DNA from: Vairimorpha necatrix
Taxonomy: Eukaryota
Direction: 5' to 3'
Assembly (NCBI GenBank): GCA_036630325.1
Contig: CP142736.1
Coordinates: forward strand, 124,001-188,000
Length of the DNA stretch: 64,000 nucleotides
A program made the position numbers and the translations under genes. Positions 43,254 to 55,964 of this stretch are shown here, piece after piece. Position 1 is the stretch's first letter. Each line of letters begins with the position of its first letter. The notes below the pieces were generated by a model, which worked only from the letters and a program-made list of their open reading frames with translations, did not search any database and was not told the DNA's origin.

Positions 43254-46200
43254 TATCATATATTTTATCAAAATAATACTTAAATTGATAAGCTATAACA
43301 TTTTTATTACTTTTTTTGAATTATGTATTGTTTTTAGTATTACCTAAACAATATTAAGGATGTATATGTTTGCCCAGGATCTCTCACGTATCTTCTTTTA
43401 TTTAACGGTTTCTCGAGATGTTATATGGAGTTTTATGAGCGACATCGTTTTTATATACGTTAGATTGGAAGTAATTTCAAGATTTTTTTTCTGTATCTTG
43501 TGTGTTACACAGTGACAAATTCATTTAAGATAAGCAGAAAGGTTTTTAGTTATACATAATAAATTAAATTGTATTTATTAAAAAGGTCGTATTTATTTAA
43601 TTCTACTAATATTTCTTGCTGAAGATTATCAATCGACGTGATTTCTTTAAATACTTATCCTTGGCCACTATATCTAGCTTATTTTATTTGTAAAAAATGT
43701 CCTGTTATATATTAGCATAAAATTTATCTTTACATATTGACTAGCAATAATTTTGTAACACGACGAGTTTAAACTTGTTGCAAATTTGTAAATAAAGTTT
43801 TAAAAAGCACGTAAAAGCATTTTAAAATTTAATTGTGGTATCACGGACAGCCAAATTCAACATTTTCCACATATTTTTTTACATTTTCAAAAATTTAATA
43901 GGCTTATTACAGCGAGGGCATACACAAGAGTAATTAACATTTATTGATTTAATGAATAATTTTTTTTGCTTTTATATACAATCTAATTCTCAGGAATTTT
44001 CTACAATTGTCTCATCCTCATTAAATATTGATATGGACTAATTGCAAGTGCGATTTATGAAACATTTGGCGTTCTGCAATAGCGCAATCAATGCATAGAC
44101 GCTTGTTCATTTTTAAAACGTCAAGAATAAATATATGAAGTCAATTCGGCCATTTTTAGCTTATCGTTTGTCTATTTTCGATAGCTACATTTTATAAATT
44201 CTATAATGCCTGTGTAAAATTTATACATTTGTATATACCATAATATTTAGACATTTTCCCAGTTACTTGGTTCGATCAGACTTATTTCGCATAGATTATT
44301 CAAAAAAAATTTTAATATTGAAAATTATCAGGTTGTCTTAGTACGTCATTTCTATTTTAAAATGTTATTTTCAAAATTTAATTATTAAATGTATCTAGAA
44401 AATATATTTTATCTAAATTTCGCTCTAAATTATGTATCAAACTTATTTTTGTCTTTTTGATAAGCATTCTTGTGCATAAATTATCATTTATACACTAAAA
44501 TTTTCAATTATTTTTACTTTCATCAAATAAACATCTTCAATGAATTGTATGAATCCTCTAGCTTATTCTAATGTATAATTGCACGTGTATATTATAAGTA
44601 CGCAAAAAAATATAAATAAAAAAACAAGTATTCTAAATAAGTGATTTTATCGTGAAAACACACTTTTATACATAATTAGGTACCTCTAAAACAAAAAATA
44701 TCTCTTAACACATATCACAAGAATGCAGGAAGATAATCAAGAGGAATTGATGCATTCACGATAATAACGCCAATACAAATATTAACAGTATTGGATCAGA
44801 TATTTCTGTGTTTCACATGAAAAAAGAGAACATTTATAGTAATGTTAAGCATGAATATTTTACAAACTTATTTTGTCGAAAATAAAGTAAGAAAAAAAAT
44901 CTTTTGCGAGCGAACTACAACTATTCAATTCGTCGGGACAAGAAAAGTTCTATATATATATATTACACGAAGGAAAGTAGATAAGAATATCAAAAAATAC
45001 ACAGCCATGATTATTTAAATTTTCTTAGTTTTAAATTTAGTTCAATATTCAAAGAAGAATGGTTTTTTTAGTTAAAATCGATTATTATTAGCATATGTTG
45101 CTAAATTATACAGCTATAGTTGCAAATAAAATAATTAGAGCGAAGTTTTGAATATGTGCGTGTAGATAGTAAATATTGAAACGTTCAAGTTTCTCAACAT
45201 AGCCGTTCAACCCAACCAGTAAGTGTATTGCCCTAATAACTCTCCAAGATTAAGTTATTAGTGCTTTTTGTACGCCTTGGAACTATTATTTATTATTTTC
45301 GTTAGCAAAACTACAAACAAAAAAAAAATTTAAATTTTTATAAGGAACTAATTAACAATAAGAGAAAGTGATAATGTGCAATAGATTTTTCTAAATATTT
45401 ATAGAAGTTTAAATATCTACGTAAAAACTACATAGAATTAAATTAGCCCTGTATTTAAATTGTTCTATCACTTTATTTTTCATTTAAGATGAGTAATTTA
45501 ATTCACTAAATGCTAAGATTAATAATAACAAGAAAATTTATCAAATATTTCAATTTTTTACAATGCTAAAAAACTGTTTACTGATTTTATGATACTTTCT
45601 ATAGATTTTCATTGTTCGATTGTAAAAAAGCGCCGAAAAAATCCGATATGCAAGATAGGGGGAACTATACTATAGCGAACTTTACAAACTATATAAATAT
45701 ACGTGTGTTGTAATAACATCTAAAATAATTGTAAACATATAATTAAAATTTTTGCACGTTTTGTTGATTATAATATTAATCTCGTTACATTAATTTTATA
45801 TATATTTTTATAAATTCTGTTTCAGATTAGATATTTTTAAAATAGCAAACAAAGTTGAGAAATGTTTTTAGTAATAAACGATGTTAAATTCGCTTTATGC
45901 ACGAATGCAGGGAGTCAATTTTTACGAGGATAAAAGAGTATAGGGCTATTTTTCTATCCCAACTATCATGAATTATACATAAATTCTGTTGTTTGTTTAT
46001 GTTAAAAATTTGACAATGAGTTTTACATCAAAATGAATTATAAATAAATTTAAAAGCTAGATATGAGAAAATAATTGGGTTTGCATGAAAACATCTGATT
46101 GCTATAATTAGTATTACATGTAAAAATTTGTTAGGAACTGTGAGGTTTCCAGTAAAAAATTTAGCTAAAGGTAAAACAAGACCATCAATATCACATCATA

Positions 46201-48079
46201 TTCCAATTTGAGCTTCGACATATTTTTTGTACAAATGTAATCATATGGCCTTTGTAATACAAATGAGATAAATCTGTATTCAATAAGCGATACTTCTTAA
46301 ACACACATTTACAGGAATATACAATTACTTTAGGCTTAATTAATATACCCGAGAAACTATCTTATTCCCCAATGGATAGATCTATTAATATAATGAAATT
46401 GTGTGGCATGTTATAAATTATAGAAAATCCAAATAAATCTATAATGTTTAAAATAGATAATTTATAGGTATTTATCTAATATCGTGACAATGAACCATTT
46501 TATAAAACTAAAGTTATTTGTTGTGCAAAGTCAACTACAAATTAGTTGAAACTTATGATTCTTCATCTCTAGTTACTTCTATGTTGTTTTAAGTTCCTGA
46601 TACTGATTGGAACCCATAAGCTAATTACTAATTATAAACCACTGCATTTTTGTTACCTGAGTTTTCATATTAATCATCCTAATTCATGTTCAACGATTCT
46701 TTAACGTATCACACAAACAATATTGTGTTAAAAAATTTAGTGTTTTTTTTGTATAAAAATGTATGCTAGAACACGTATGCATGTTGTTAACAAAAATAAC
46801 TGATAAATCTCTGTTCTCCAATTTTAATATGTGATTATTTGGAGCAATGTAATGTACAACATTTTCAATTTTTTTACACCTCTAAAAAGATTAATAACAA
46901 TAATTTTCATTTAAATGAAAAGTTTCAAATAAAAATTATTATTAGAAAAAGAATTAGAAAATGCAATGACTTAAAAAATCGTATAATTAGATTGTACATA
47001 AATTTATAAGTCTCTAAATTGCAATGCTTGAAAATAAAGAAACTTTAAGATTTAAAATGGGAATATTTAATTTACAGAGAATATAACACAAATATGCTTA
47101 TATTAATTTTATATTAAAGTTTTAAAAATTTTAGAACGAACAAAGGTACATAAAGACTAACAATATATTATAGTAATTTTTATAAACATAAATTAATATT
47201 TAATATCCTTTTGCAATTTTAAATTTTTGAACGTTTTTTCAAAAATATCTACCAATATAAAAAAAAATTCTATATTGATGTGATATTTACATATTTGCTT
47301 ATAATTAATCATATAAAACTTTTATTGTTAACATTATATGTTCGAATTTTTTTTCTGTTGTTATTCATAGATGATAAAATAAGAAGAAAACTTTTATAAA
47401 GCAGGAAATATAGTATAAGTTTTTTGAGGCGCTTTTAGATATATTGGACTAAATCACAAACATGCTTTATATATAAAACTAGTCAATGCCTAATTTAACA
47501 CGTAATTGGGCGAAGATTCCGACAAAATACATAATAACTAAATAAATGTCATAGATTATTTGCACAGCGTAGACATCAACTAATAAATATAAAGTAAGGA
47601 GAAGCCGAAACACAAATATTTTTTATACCGACTGATTATATGCAGAACGTTTTTAATTAAACATAATGTAGAGTTAAAGTCCGTGTCTACTATAAAGATG
47701 AACGGGGTTGTGTTCAAAATTAAGAGTACAAAACACAATATACATTAGTAAGTATTTTTTTCAATTTTTTAAGTGTATATATTATAATGAATTTATGCTA
47801 TCATTAAAATAAATTAAGTTTACAATACATATTCATTTTTATATTGTTGTCATTCCTCTTAAACAAATTATTTGCAAATTTTTTCCAAATTTATTATTTT
47901 TGACATTGATCATTAAACAAAAAAAAGCTCAAGTAAACTCCATTTGCCTGTCAAAAATAAAAACTTGATAATAAGTTATGTATATTTATGTACTTAATGA
48001 AAAAATAAACAATGCTATTGCTGAAATTCTATTTTTTTACTTAGTTTGCAGTATAAAAATAATTTTTTTGTAAGCCCAT

Positions 48080-50374
48080 ATGGATATCTTTCAAACTTTT
48101 ACAAGTTTTTTATTTGTGGTGGGACATTGGCATCAACAAGCCTATGATAGTTTTAATACTGTAATAATAAATAAAATAAAAAATGGAGATTACTGGGAAA
48201 TCGATACAAAAAAAACATATTCAAGAGTATTTTTATCCTTTGATAAAACCAATTATCAATTAATAGCAAATGCATTAGTTGGAATTCGATTTAGTATAGA
48301 GGATGTAGAACCAATAAAAGTTAATTGTATGGATAAATCAATTCGTGATATTGTCGCAGAGTTGGAAGATAAATTAATACGTGAATGTAATAAATTGCGA
48401 CCAGACTTTGTCGTTCTAATTTACCAACACGATGCATATTGTGAAAATTCTATATTTAACCAAATAATTGGTTTTTTAATTCAAGAAAATTTAGAGCGAA
48501 AAAATAAAAATAATCTTGCCGATATGTTTTATGAGTACATAATCGAATGTAAATCATTATGGAGTGATATGTATGTAAATTTATACTATCAAAATTATAA
48601 CAATGAGATAAGAGATCAAACGAAATCAACACTTACTTTTATCAAAAAGGAAAATCTACCTTTTATACATCTATATATTGAATTTAAAAATGTACAATAT
48701 CTATTTGAAATAAACGCCGAAGAAATTGATAAGGAAAAACTTTATACTTTTATAGATATGAGACGACAAAAAAATAATGAATTAGATGAAAAAATTGGCG
48801 GATATCTTCATAAATTATACAAGAATGTTTATTTTGACGATATAGACGTGTACTCTAAGAAAATTTTTGAAGTTTGTACGCCCGTTCGAATTGAGTTTGA
48901 AGATAATGATTTTAGTATTGAGATAGTAGATGATAAAATTCACTTCTCACATCAAAACAATCTTTATATTCATAGTCCAATCAATGAAACTTCTTTATTT
49001 AGAAATGCAAAAAACGATGAAAATAAATGGATAATGAAATTTAAAAGGATTTTGGAAAAGATATGTGAAATAAATGAATTTGAGGAACGTCGTATAAGCA
49101 TTGAAATGTTTTTTATAATAATAGAATATCGTCATAAAGTCACTTTTTTTATAGAGAGAATTTTAAATACTAAAGGATCACCATTGAACGTTTTATTAGG
49201 CCATCTATTGCTATTTAAAGGATTAATTAATGAAATCGAGTTACAAGACATCACAAAAAACGAAGGCATCACTGAAGAAAAAAGGATGCAACTGTGTAAA
49301 AAATTGGAAAAAATTTTATCAAATGATAGATGCTATTCGTGTGCTTTTACAATAAAAATATGTTTATTTATAGAAGTTGAAAAATATATAAATAAAGAAA
49401 GTGCAAAAAATGGACCGGAATTTAAAATTTTATGTTTGATTGGAGATCTTATGGAGCAAAAAAAAAAAGAACAAAGTATTTCAAAAAATATTAAAACGTA
49501 TTTTTCAATGCATAAAAATAAGATCGATTTAATTAAAATATTTGAAGAACTAGTGAAGAATCATTTACAAAGATATAAGAAAAATCAATTAAATGTATGG
49601 GTGGAGATTTTTAAAATAGCATCATTGTTTACAGGCTCAGATGAGACCGAAATTAGAATCAAAAACCAAAAATATTATACATATAAAAAGATAAATATTA
49701 ATGAAGTGAGACTTGATGAAGAAAAAGTCGAAAAAAATAATGAAATAATAAGAAACAATTTATTCGAAAATAATCGAGAAAGAAGAAAGACCGGGGAAGA
49801 AATTATAAATATGCTACAAAGACTTAATATAAAAGATTTATCTGATGCGTTAAATGAATTAAAAGATGAAGCCATAAAAAAAAAAGTTGAAGATATATTT
49901 GTTGAGGAGGTAAGTAAGAATTTTGGAGATGAAATCATTGAAATTGGAGAAAAAATTATTGAAAAAAATTTAAAACATGAAATTATAGAAAAAGAGATGT
50001 GTGAAAAATTTGGTGCTCATTGGAATAAAGAATATAAAAGTGGCGAAGAAATATATTATTATTCTAAAATATTTACAAAATATTATTGGATAAATGAGCA
50101 TATATCCAATGAAAAAGAAAAATTACACCACGGAGTAAAAATTTTAATTAAAGAAAACAAAAGGCAAAACATTAAATACTATTTGGTCGAAGCTTTGAGA
50201 ACACTTTTTGAAAATGATATATTTAATCATATAGAAATGAAAGAAAGGAAAGAAAATAATCTTTATAATATTAGAAAATTTGAACATTATAAAGGCTTAC
50301 ATAAAACTATAGATGAATTGACGATGATAAACCTACACGATGACTTGGTTGCAACTCTAAAAAACAATAAATAA
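48080..50374 (+). CDS. Unknown 764-aa protein, expanded family member 2
   Basis: aagcccatATG; shares family motifs with 2137-4452 and 62541. Confidence 0.9.
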   Translation: MDIFQTFTSFLFVVGHWHQQAYDSFNTVIINKIKNGDYWEIDTKKTYSRVFLSFDKTNYQLIANALVGIRFSIEDVEPIKVNCMDKSIRDIVAELEDKLIRECNKLRPDFVVLIYQHDAYCENSIFNQIIGFLIQENLERKNKNNLADMFYEYIIECKSLWSDMYVNLYYQNYNNEIRDQTKSTLTFIKKENLPFIHLYIEFKNVQYLFEINAEEIDKEKLYTFIDMRRQKNNELDEKIGGYLHKLYKNVYFDDIDVYSKKIFEVCTPVRIEFEDNDFSIEIVDDKIHFSHQNNLYIHSPINETSLFRNAKNDENKWIMKFKRILEKICEINEFEERRISIEMFFIIIEYRHKVTFFIERILNTKGSPLNVLLGHLLLFKGLINEIELQDITKNEGITEEKRMQLCKKLEKILSNDRCYSCAFTIKICLFIEVEKYINKESAKNGPEFKILCLIGDLMEQKKKEQSISKNIKTYFSMHKNKIDLIKIFEELVKNHLQRYKKNQLNVWVEIFKIASLFTGSDETEIRIKNQKYYTYKKININEVRLDEEKVEKNNEIIRNNLFENNRERRKTGEEIINMLQRLNIKDLSDALNELKDEAIKKKVEDIFVEEVSKNFGDEIIEIGEKIIEKNLKHEIIEKEMCEKFGAHWNKEYKSGEEIYYYSKIFTKYYWINEHISNEKEKLHHGVKILIKENKRQNIKYYLVEALRTLFENDIFNHIEMKERKENNLYNIRKFEHYKGLHKTIDELTMINLHDDLVATLKNNK

Positions 50375-50439
50375 CTTTATTTTAGGTTAGATTTTTTTTT
50401 TATTTTTTTATAGATTTTTTTTTGCACTTTTAAGAACGA

Positions 50440-51780
50440 TTTCTTATAGCTTATTACATTATTCGGTTTCTATCTACTTCCAAATTTCATTTTTGACCCG
50501 TACTCCTGCGGCTAGATATCGCAGACTTTTCAGTAATTTTAAAGACTCTTGTCTTTGCAAATGCCTTAATACAGGCTCCTAGCTTTGAGCCCATAAAAAA
50601 CTTGGTGACAATATGTTACAATCTCATCCACATAGTTACATACAGAATTATACATGATTTTAAGTTGTACATTCTTCCAGAGTGATTAGCAAGTAATTAT
50701 TCTTGACGACTCTTCTCGTTCTCTACCGTAAAAAGCTTCTATATCCTTTAATTTCAACTTCGACAATTTCAATTTCCTTCCTTAATTTATCTGCCATAAA
50801 AATATCAAGCTTGTTATACTTTATCTACAAATTCGATTGGATGTTACTTTCTTTTCTTATCTTTATATTATTATTCGCAACCATCTTCCGCACAGAATGA
50901 ATCATTAATTTTCTACATGTGTCATTCCATAATCATTTTATCACACTGAATATCTATATGGTTGACTGATTTTGTCCTTTCTTGGCAGTGTAGCACTTTA
51001 CCTCCTACAAATTTTTTTTTATTTCGTACTTTTTTTAATCCACCTTCTTCTCGAAGTCGATTCGTTCCTTTTGTAAACCATAATGATGATTTATTGTATC
51101 TGTAGGTACGGCGTCTATTACTCTACACAAGAGGGGGTTTAAGTCAATTTCTTCCCAATATCACTAATAAAGCTATAATTTATGACTTCTAGAACTTTGA
51201 ATTTAAGTGTTTTTGCTAAGTGTACTTTGTTATTAAAAATCTTGTTATATTTGATATTAATGTCCTCCGCTTCTCTATTTGTAATATTGAACCTCTCCCA
51301 AAGGACATTTTCTGACTTTTATTGTTGAGATAGTTAAACTTATCACGCTTCTGTCTTCTACACTTGTTAGTCTTATTCTAAATTTCTTTCTCGTGTGATG
51401 TAAGCGTTATTTTTACGCTAGAAGTTGCAAAACGTGATATACTAAAAATATGCTTTGCGTTTACGTTTGATCGATTAAGAGTTGTCTTTTATTGCTCTAA
51501 ATCTAATAAGCCTATGTCCTAATTATCAAAGACAGACCATGTATTTTTGAGCTTTGAACAGAAATCTGACATAAACCATTTTACATAATCTTGTTATATC
51601 TCTTTAACCTTCATCCATGCTCTCTCTTTGAATTATTTCATTATTTTTCTTTTTGCTTTTCTGCTACCCTTGGAACCCTTGATCAACTTAGCGCATTAGG
51701 CACATTTCCACTATTTTAGTGCCGATTTCTCCATATTTGTCTCTAGTCCCAGTTATTTATATCTTTTTTTATTTCTTCCA
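50440..51780 (-). mobile_element. Heavily decayed R4/Dong-like non-LTR retrotransposon (late RT to RLE endonuclease)
   Basis: GLETNMEKSA (cf. GLEMNRSKSA), C.HC...VNHI...C knuckle, YNKLDIFMADK.RKEIEIVEV, LLAN..G..Y..IILYV..DEIVT; ends near the Merlin TIR. Confidence 0.7.
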
Positions 51781-51812
51781 TAAGTTCATCGTGGCAATTT
51801 TTTCGGTTAAAG

Positions 51813-52772
51813 GGCAATCTGGTGGCCAAAAATCCCTTAAAAGGAATTTTTAAAAAAATCACCCCAAAAATGAAAAGTCAAGATGAAAAAAAATAAAAAC
51901 TTAAAAATCATTTTAATAATTTTATCAAACAAATTCCCTTCAAAATTTCTTCTAAGCATAAATCTTAACAAAGAACTCTTTATTAATTTTTTTGTTCTAT
52001 GCCTTATGGAAGTTTCACTTTTAACAGCGCTCCAATTACCTTCGATAGTATTAGTTTGGCATTTTTATTTTTATTAACAAATTCTTTTGAATGATTAACC
52101 GTCTTATGTTGATGAAAAATTGAACACAACCTAGAATATGAAGAGAAGCAATCACTATGTATGATAGATTCTGGGTGAACATATTTTTTTTAAAAGTTCT
52201 TCTAGTGTAGTTGCTCTTCTATTATCAACAGGAACAAACACAATTTTCCTTTGAGGTGTTCTTTCTACCATTCCGAAAATCCAAACTCCTTCTACCCATG
52301 GCCTCTATGGTATTTTAATTTACCAAACTTACTTTCATCTATTTCCACAACAATCCCAGGTCCTCCATTAATACCTGTTTCAACGTAAACAGAATTTTCG
52401 ATGGAGTTTACTGTTAAAGAAATGATTTTTCTTACACTTTTAATGGTAATTCCAAGAAATTCCGCAATAGCTTTATACTTTACATTAACAGACCATGATT
52501 TAATAATTAATAACATAGTATTAATTCCAAGCTTGTTATTGTAGAATGGAGTGTTTTTTAATAAAGACCATTTACTTCTACATTTAGACCAAGTACATCG
52601 AAAAATAACATTTTCATAATATTTTTTACTTATAGAACCACATTTTATACATGATTTGCTTGTTTTTTCAATATATTTTAAAAATTTCAAAAAGTTTTTT
52701 TTCTTGACTTTTCATTTTTGGGGTGATTTTTTTAAAAATTCCTTTTAAGGGATTTTTGGCCACCAGACTGCC
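51813..52772 (-). mobile_element. Merlin (IS1016/ISXO2-like) DNA transposon, defective
   Basis: ~70-bp TIRs GGCA(A/G)TCTGGTGGCCAAAAATCCC...AAGTCAAG; transposase Zn ribbon CxxC..RC..C, GGPGIVVEIDESKFGK.KYHRG, frameshifted WIFGMVER..IIHSD; no matching TSD. Confidence 0.92.
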
Positions 52773-52789
52773 ATAGCTCCGCCAGTGTT

Positions 52790-53130
52790 AATAAAATAAA
52801 AGTTCAAAGATGATTATTGATGTTTAGAAAGGATGATTTAAAGAAGGATATATCCCCGAATGATCATAAGCGATAACGCCAAAGAGTTTGTAGGAGAAGA
52901 CTTTAGGAAGTGTTTTTCATCAAACAAGATTAAGCATAGGAAAGTTAGCATAGAAGCCCACAGAAGCAACGGCCGGATCAAAAGGGCATAAGAACGATAC
53001 GGTAAAGCGTACTTAAGCAGCATATGGATGACAATGAAGCTACAGTGAATAAGACAACGGTGATGTGAAATGGGACGTATCATAGCGGACTTAAGTGTAC
53101 CCCCTTGGAGGCTGTAACGAAAGAAATAAA
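52790..53130 (+). mobile_element. Retroviral-type integrase core fragment (Ty3/gypsy or Ginger)
   Basis: MIISDNAKEFVGEDFRKCF..KIKHRKVSIEAHRSNGRIKR, YHSGLKCTPLEA. Confidence 0.8.
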
Positions 53131-53140
53131 CATGTAGAGT

Positions 53141-55861
53141 CAGAGGTGGGAAAAGGCCGGCCCGCGGGCCGGATCCGGCCCTTTTGCTAATTTTATCCGG
53201 CCCGCTGAAAAATTCTAACGCAATTTTTTTAAAACTCTTTATGAGATTTTGTTGACATAAACATTATTAGTATGCGGACTGTATATATAATAGGCGAAAT
53301 AAAATAAGCGTTTGGCTTATTACACTAGTGTGAACGATGCGGGTCGCTCCCGACAATCGCTCTCATGGCGGGGGTTTCATCGAACACAAAGTAGATCGCG
53401 CTAGGTTTAAAATGCATGTGTGGACGACATATGCTGCACTCCTCTCAGCCTCTCAATGTTTGGGGGACGACAGATCGCAGCCCAGGTATTGTTAATTATT
53501 ATTTTATTCTGATCGCATACTCTTTTTTAGTTCGAATCTACCATTGGTTTGCATATATAAAATTGAAAAAGTGGACTTTTTGTAAGTAAATTTTTAAAAC
53601 TTTGGTGTTTTTTTATTGTTTTTATTTAACTTATTTTTTTTGTAGCCCTTTTAAAATGAGAGAAACTAAAAAAGAAAAGTTGATTTGGAATGCAGAAACT
53701 TCAATGAAGCTTAGACGGTAAAATATCTTTTTACAAACATTAATAAGAAAGCAATTTGTTTAGTTTGTCAGGAAACAATTGCTGTTTTCAAAGAATACAA
53801 TTTAAGCAGGCGTTTTACAACAAAACATCCAAAATATGCATCACTTTCTTTACAAGAACTTCAAAACATAGCTGAAAACTTAACAAAAAACTTGAATCAG
53901 CAACAAATTTTTTTTTCCAAACGAATTAATATTGTAAAATCTACCACAAAAGCAAGTTAAGCTGTCGCACACAAAATTGCTAAGTTCTTAAACCGTTTTT
54001 AGAAGCAGAATTTGTTAAACAATGCATGGTACAAGTGTCGGAGATATGTTGTCCTGAAAAGAAACATATTTTTGAAAATCTAAGCCTTTCTTGAAGAAGG
54101 ATAGTACGCCGGATTGAAAATATTTCAGGAAACTTACTTGACCAGCTAAGCAGAAAAATTGCTGATTTTACCTATTGTTCTCTGGCTTTAGATGAGTCCT
54201 GCGATATTACAGATACAAGTCAATTATTAATATTTATTCGCGGCATTAATAGGAAAAGTGAAATTAGCGAGGAACTTCTTAGTGTGCATCCAATGAAAAA
54301 TACAACTACTGGTAAAGACTTTTTCTCGCTGTTGAAGAGTGTTTAGTTAAAGTTAGTTTAACTTGGAATAAAATAGTAAGCGTCACTACGGATGGCTGTC
54401 CTAGTTTAACAGGGAAAAATATAGGCTTACTTAAACGAATTCGCGACAAAGTAAAAAAGTTACAACCAGAACACTATATATTATTTTTGCACTGCATTAT
54501 TCACCAAGAAATGCTATGCGGAAAAGTTTGAAATTGAATCACGTCGTTACTGTTGTGACCAAAGTTGTGAATTTTATCCGAGGACGTGCCTTAAATCATC
54601 GACAGTTTCTTGAATTTTTGAAAGAAATTGAAAGTGACTACTACGAAATTCCCTATTACACTGAAGTGAGATGGCTTAGCATTGGTAAAGTTTTACATAG
54701 ATTCCAATATTTGCTTGATGAAATAGTATCATTCTTTTCGATAAAAGAAAAACTACAAGATTTTCCTGAATTGCAAAATGAGGCTTGGCTAAACGATTTC
54801 TCGTTTTTAGTAGATATAGTAAAATATTTGAATGAACTAAATATAAATATACAAGGTAAAAACCAATTCGCCTTCAATATGCACTCAAACGTCAAAGCAT
54901 TTATGACAAAACTCAATTTATTTGCTGAAAACTGTAATAATAAATTATTAAATCATTTCCCCTCATTGCAAGCACGGCGAGAATCATTAAAAAATACAGA
55001 TTTTTCTAGATATAGATCAATAACACAAGACCTGCTTTCTGAATTCCAAAGAAAATTTCAAGATTTCAAAGATATTGAAAAACCTTTATCATTAATTAGC
55101 CATCCTTCCAATTTCGACATGCAAGAAGCTCCTGTTGAAATTCAACTAGAACTAGTTGACTTACAATCAAATAATTTACTAAAAGAAAATTTTCACTCAA
55201 ACGAATTGAGTGCTTTCTATGACTCGTTAAATAATGAACATTTCAAACATTTTTTGAACTATGCTCAGAAATATCTTGTTTTATTTGGTTCAACTTATAT
55301 TTGTGAAAGAGCCTTTTCTTTAATGGTTTCCACGAAAAATAAGTATCGATCACAAATTACTGACGAAAATCTACACTCGGTACCAAGGATTGCTACAAGT
55401 GATTTAGAACCTAATTTTGAAGAAATAATGATGGATGAACATTCGACATTTCACGTTTCGCATTAACATTAAATATTTATTTTAACGTTTGATGTTTTTT
55501 TTCTTTTTTGAATTTTTTATACTATTATATTTAATGATGCAATATAAATGTTAAATTGTAATAACCATGTGTCAATATAAAATAATTAATATCGTTAAGA
55601 CATTAAAATGTAACAAAATAAAACCTTAAATTGTGTGGTTTATCTAATAGCCATTTATTTATAATAATATTTCCTTAAAATGTACTTGACATATTATTAT
55701 CTAATTGAAATGATACTTAATAGTTTTGTTAAAATGGGCAGGGAAAAAACTTATCCGAAATTTCCGCTTGTGTAAAGCAAAGCCGAAATAGTCCTCCGGC
55801 CCGGGAGACATTTTAAAAAATTCATTTTGGCCCACAGCTTTAAAGTATTTTCCCACCTCTG
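53141..55861 (+). mobile_element. hAT (Buster/Charlie/SPIN-like) DNA transposon, defective transposase 53656-55466
   Basis: 14-bp TIRs CAGAGGTGGGAAAA/TTTTCCCACCTCTG; subterminal GGCCCGCGGGCCGGATCCGGCCC; CLVCQETIAVFKEYNL, SLALDESCD, VTTDGCP, HCIIHQE, EVRWLS, FGSTYICE. Confidence 0.95.
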
Positions 55862-55869
55862 GTCTAGAT

Positions 55870-55963
55870 GAAGTGAAAAATAGCTATAAAATCACAATAT
55901 TTATTTTATATATTCATTTAGAACAAAAAACAGGTCTCAATTTTAATACTTCGGGCATTAAGG
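55870..55963 (+). mobile_element. Isolated piggyBac-like terminus
   Basis: ggtctcaattttaatacttcgggcattaagg resembles the end at ~58340-58371 in the same orientation; last G and TTAA missing. Confidence 0.5.
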
Positions 55964-55964
55964 C

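Noticed and set aside
43300-47400. Genes in the long AT-rich interval
   Set aside because: No ORF of 60 aa or more and no recognisable motifs; at most unassignable decayed sequence
2301-49938. Many antisense ORFs overlapping real genes (e.g. 2546, 13604, 17924, 21671, 30560, 32512, 36224, 49675)
   Set aside because: Shadow frames of Lys/Glu-rich genes; F/L/S-rich with no motifs
50450-50720. Apparent integrase Zn-finger relic
   Set aside because: Better explained as the frameshifted C-terminus of the non-LTR element
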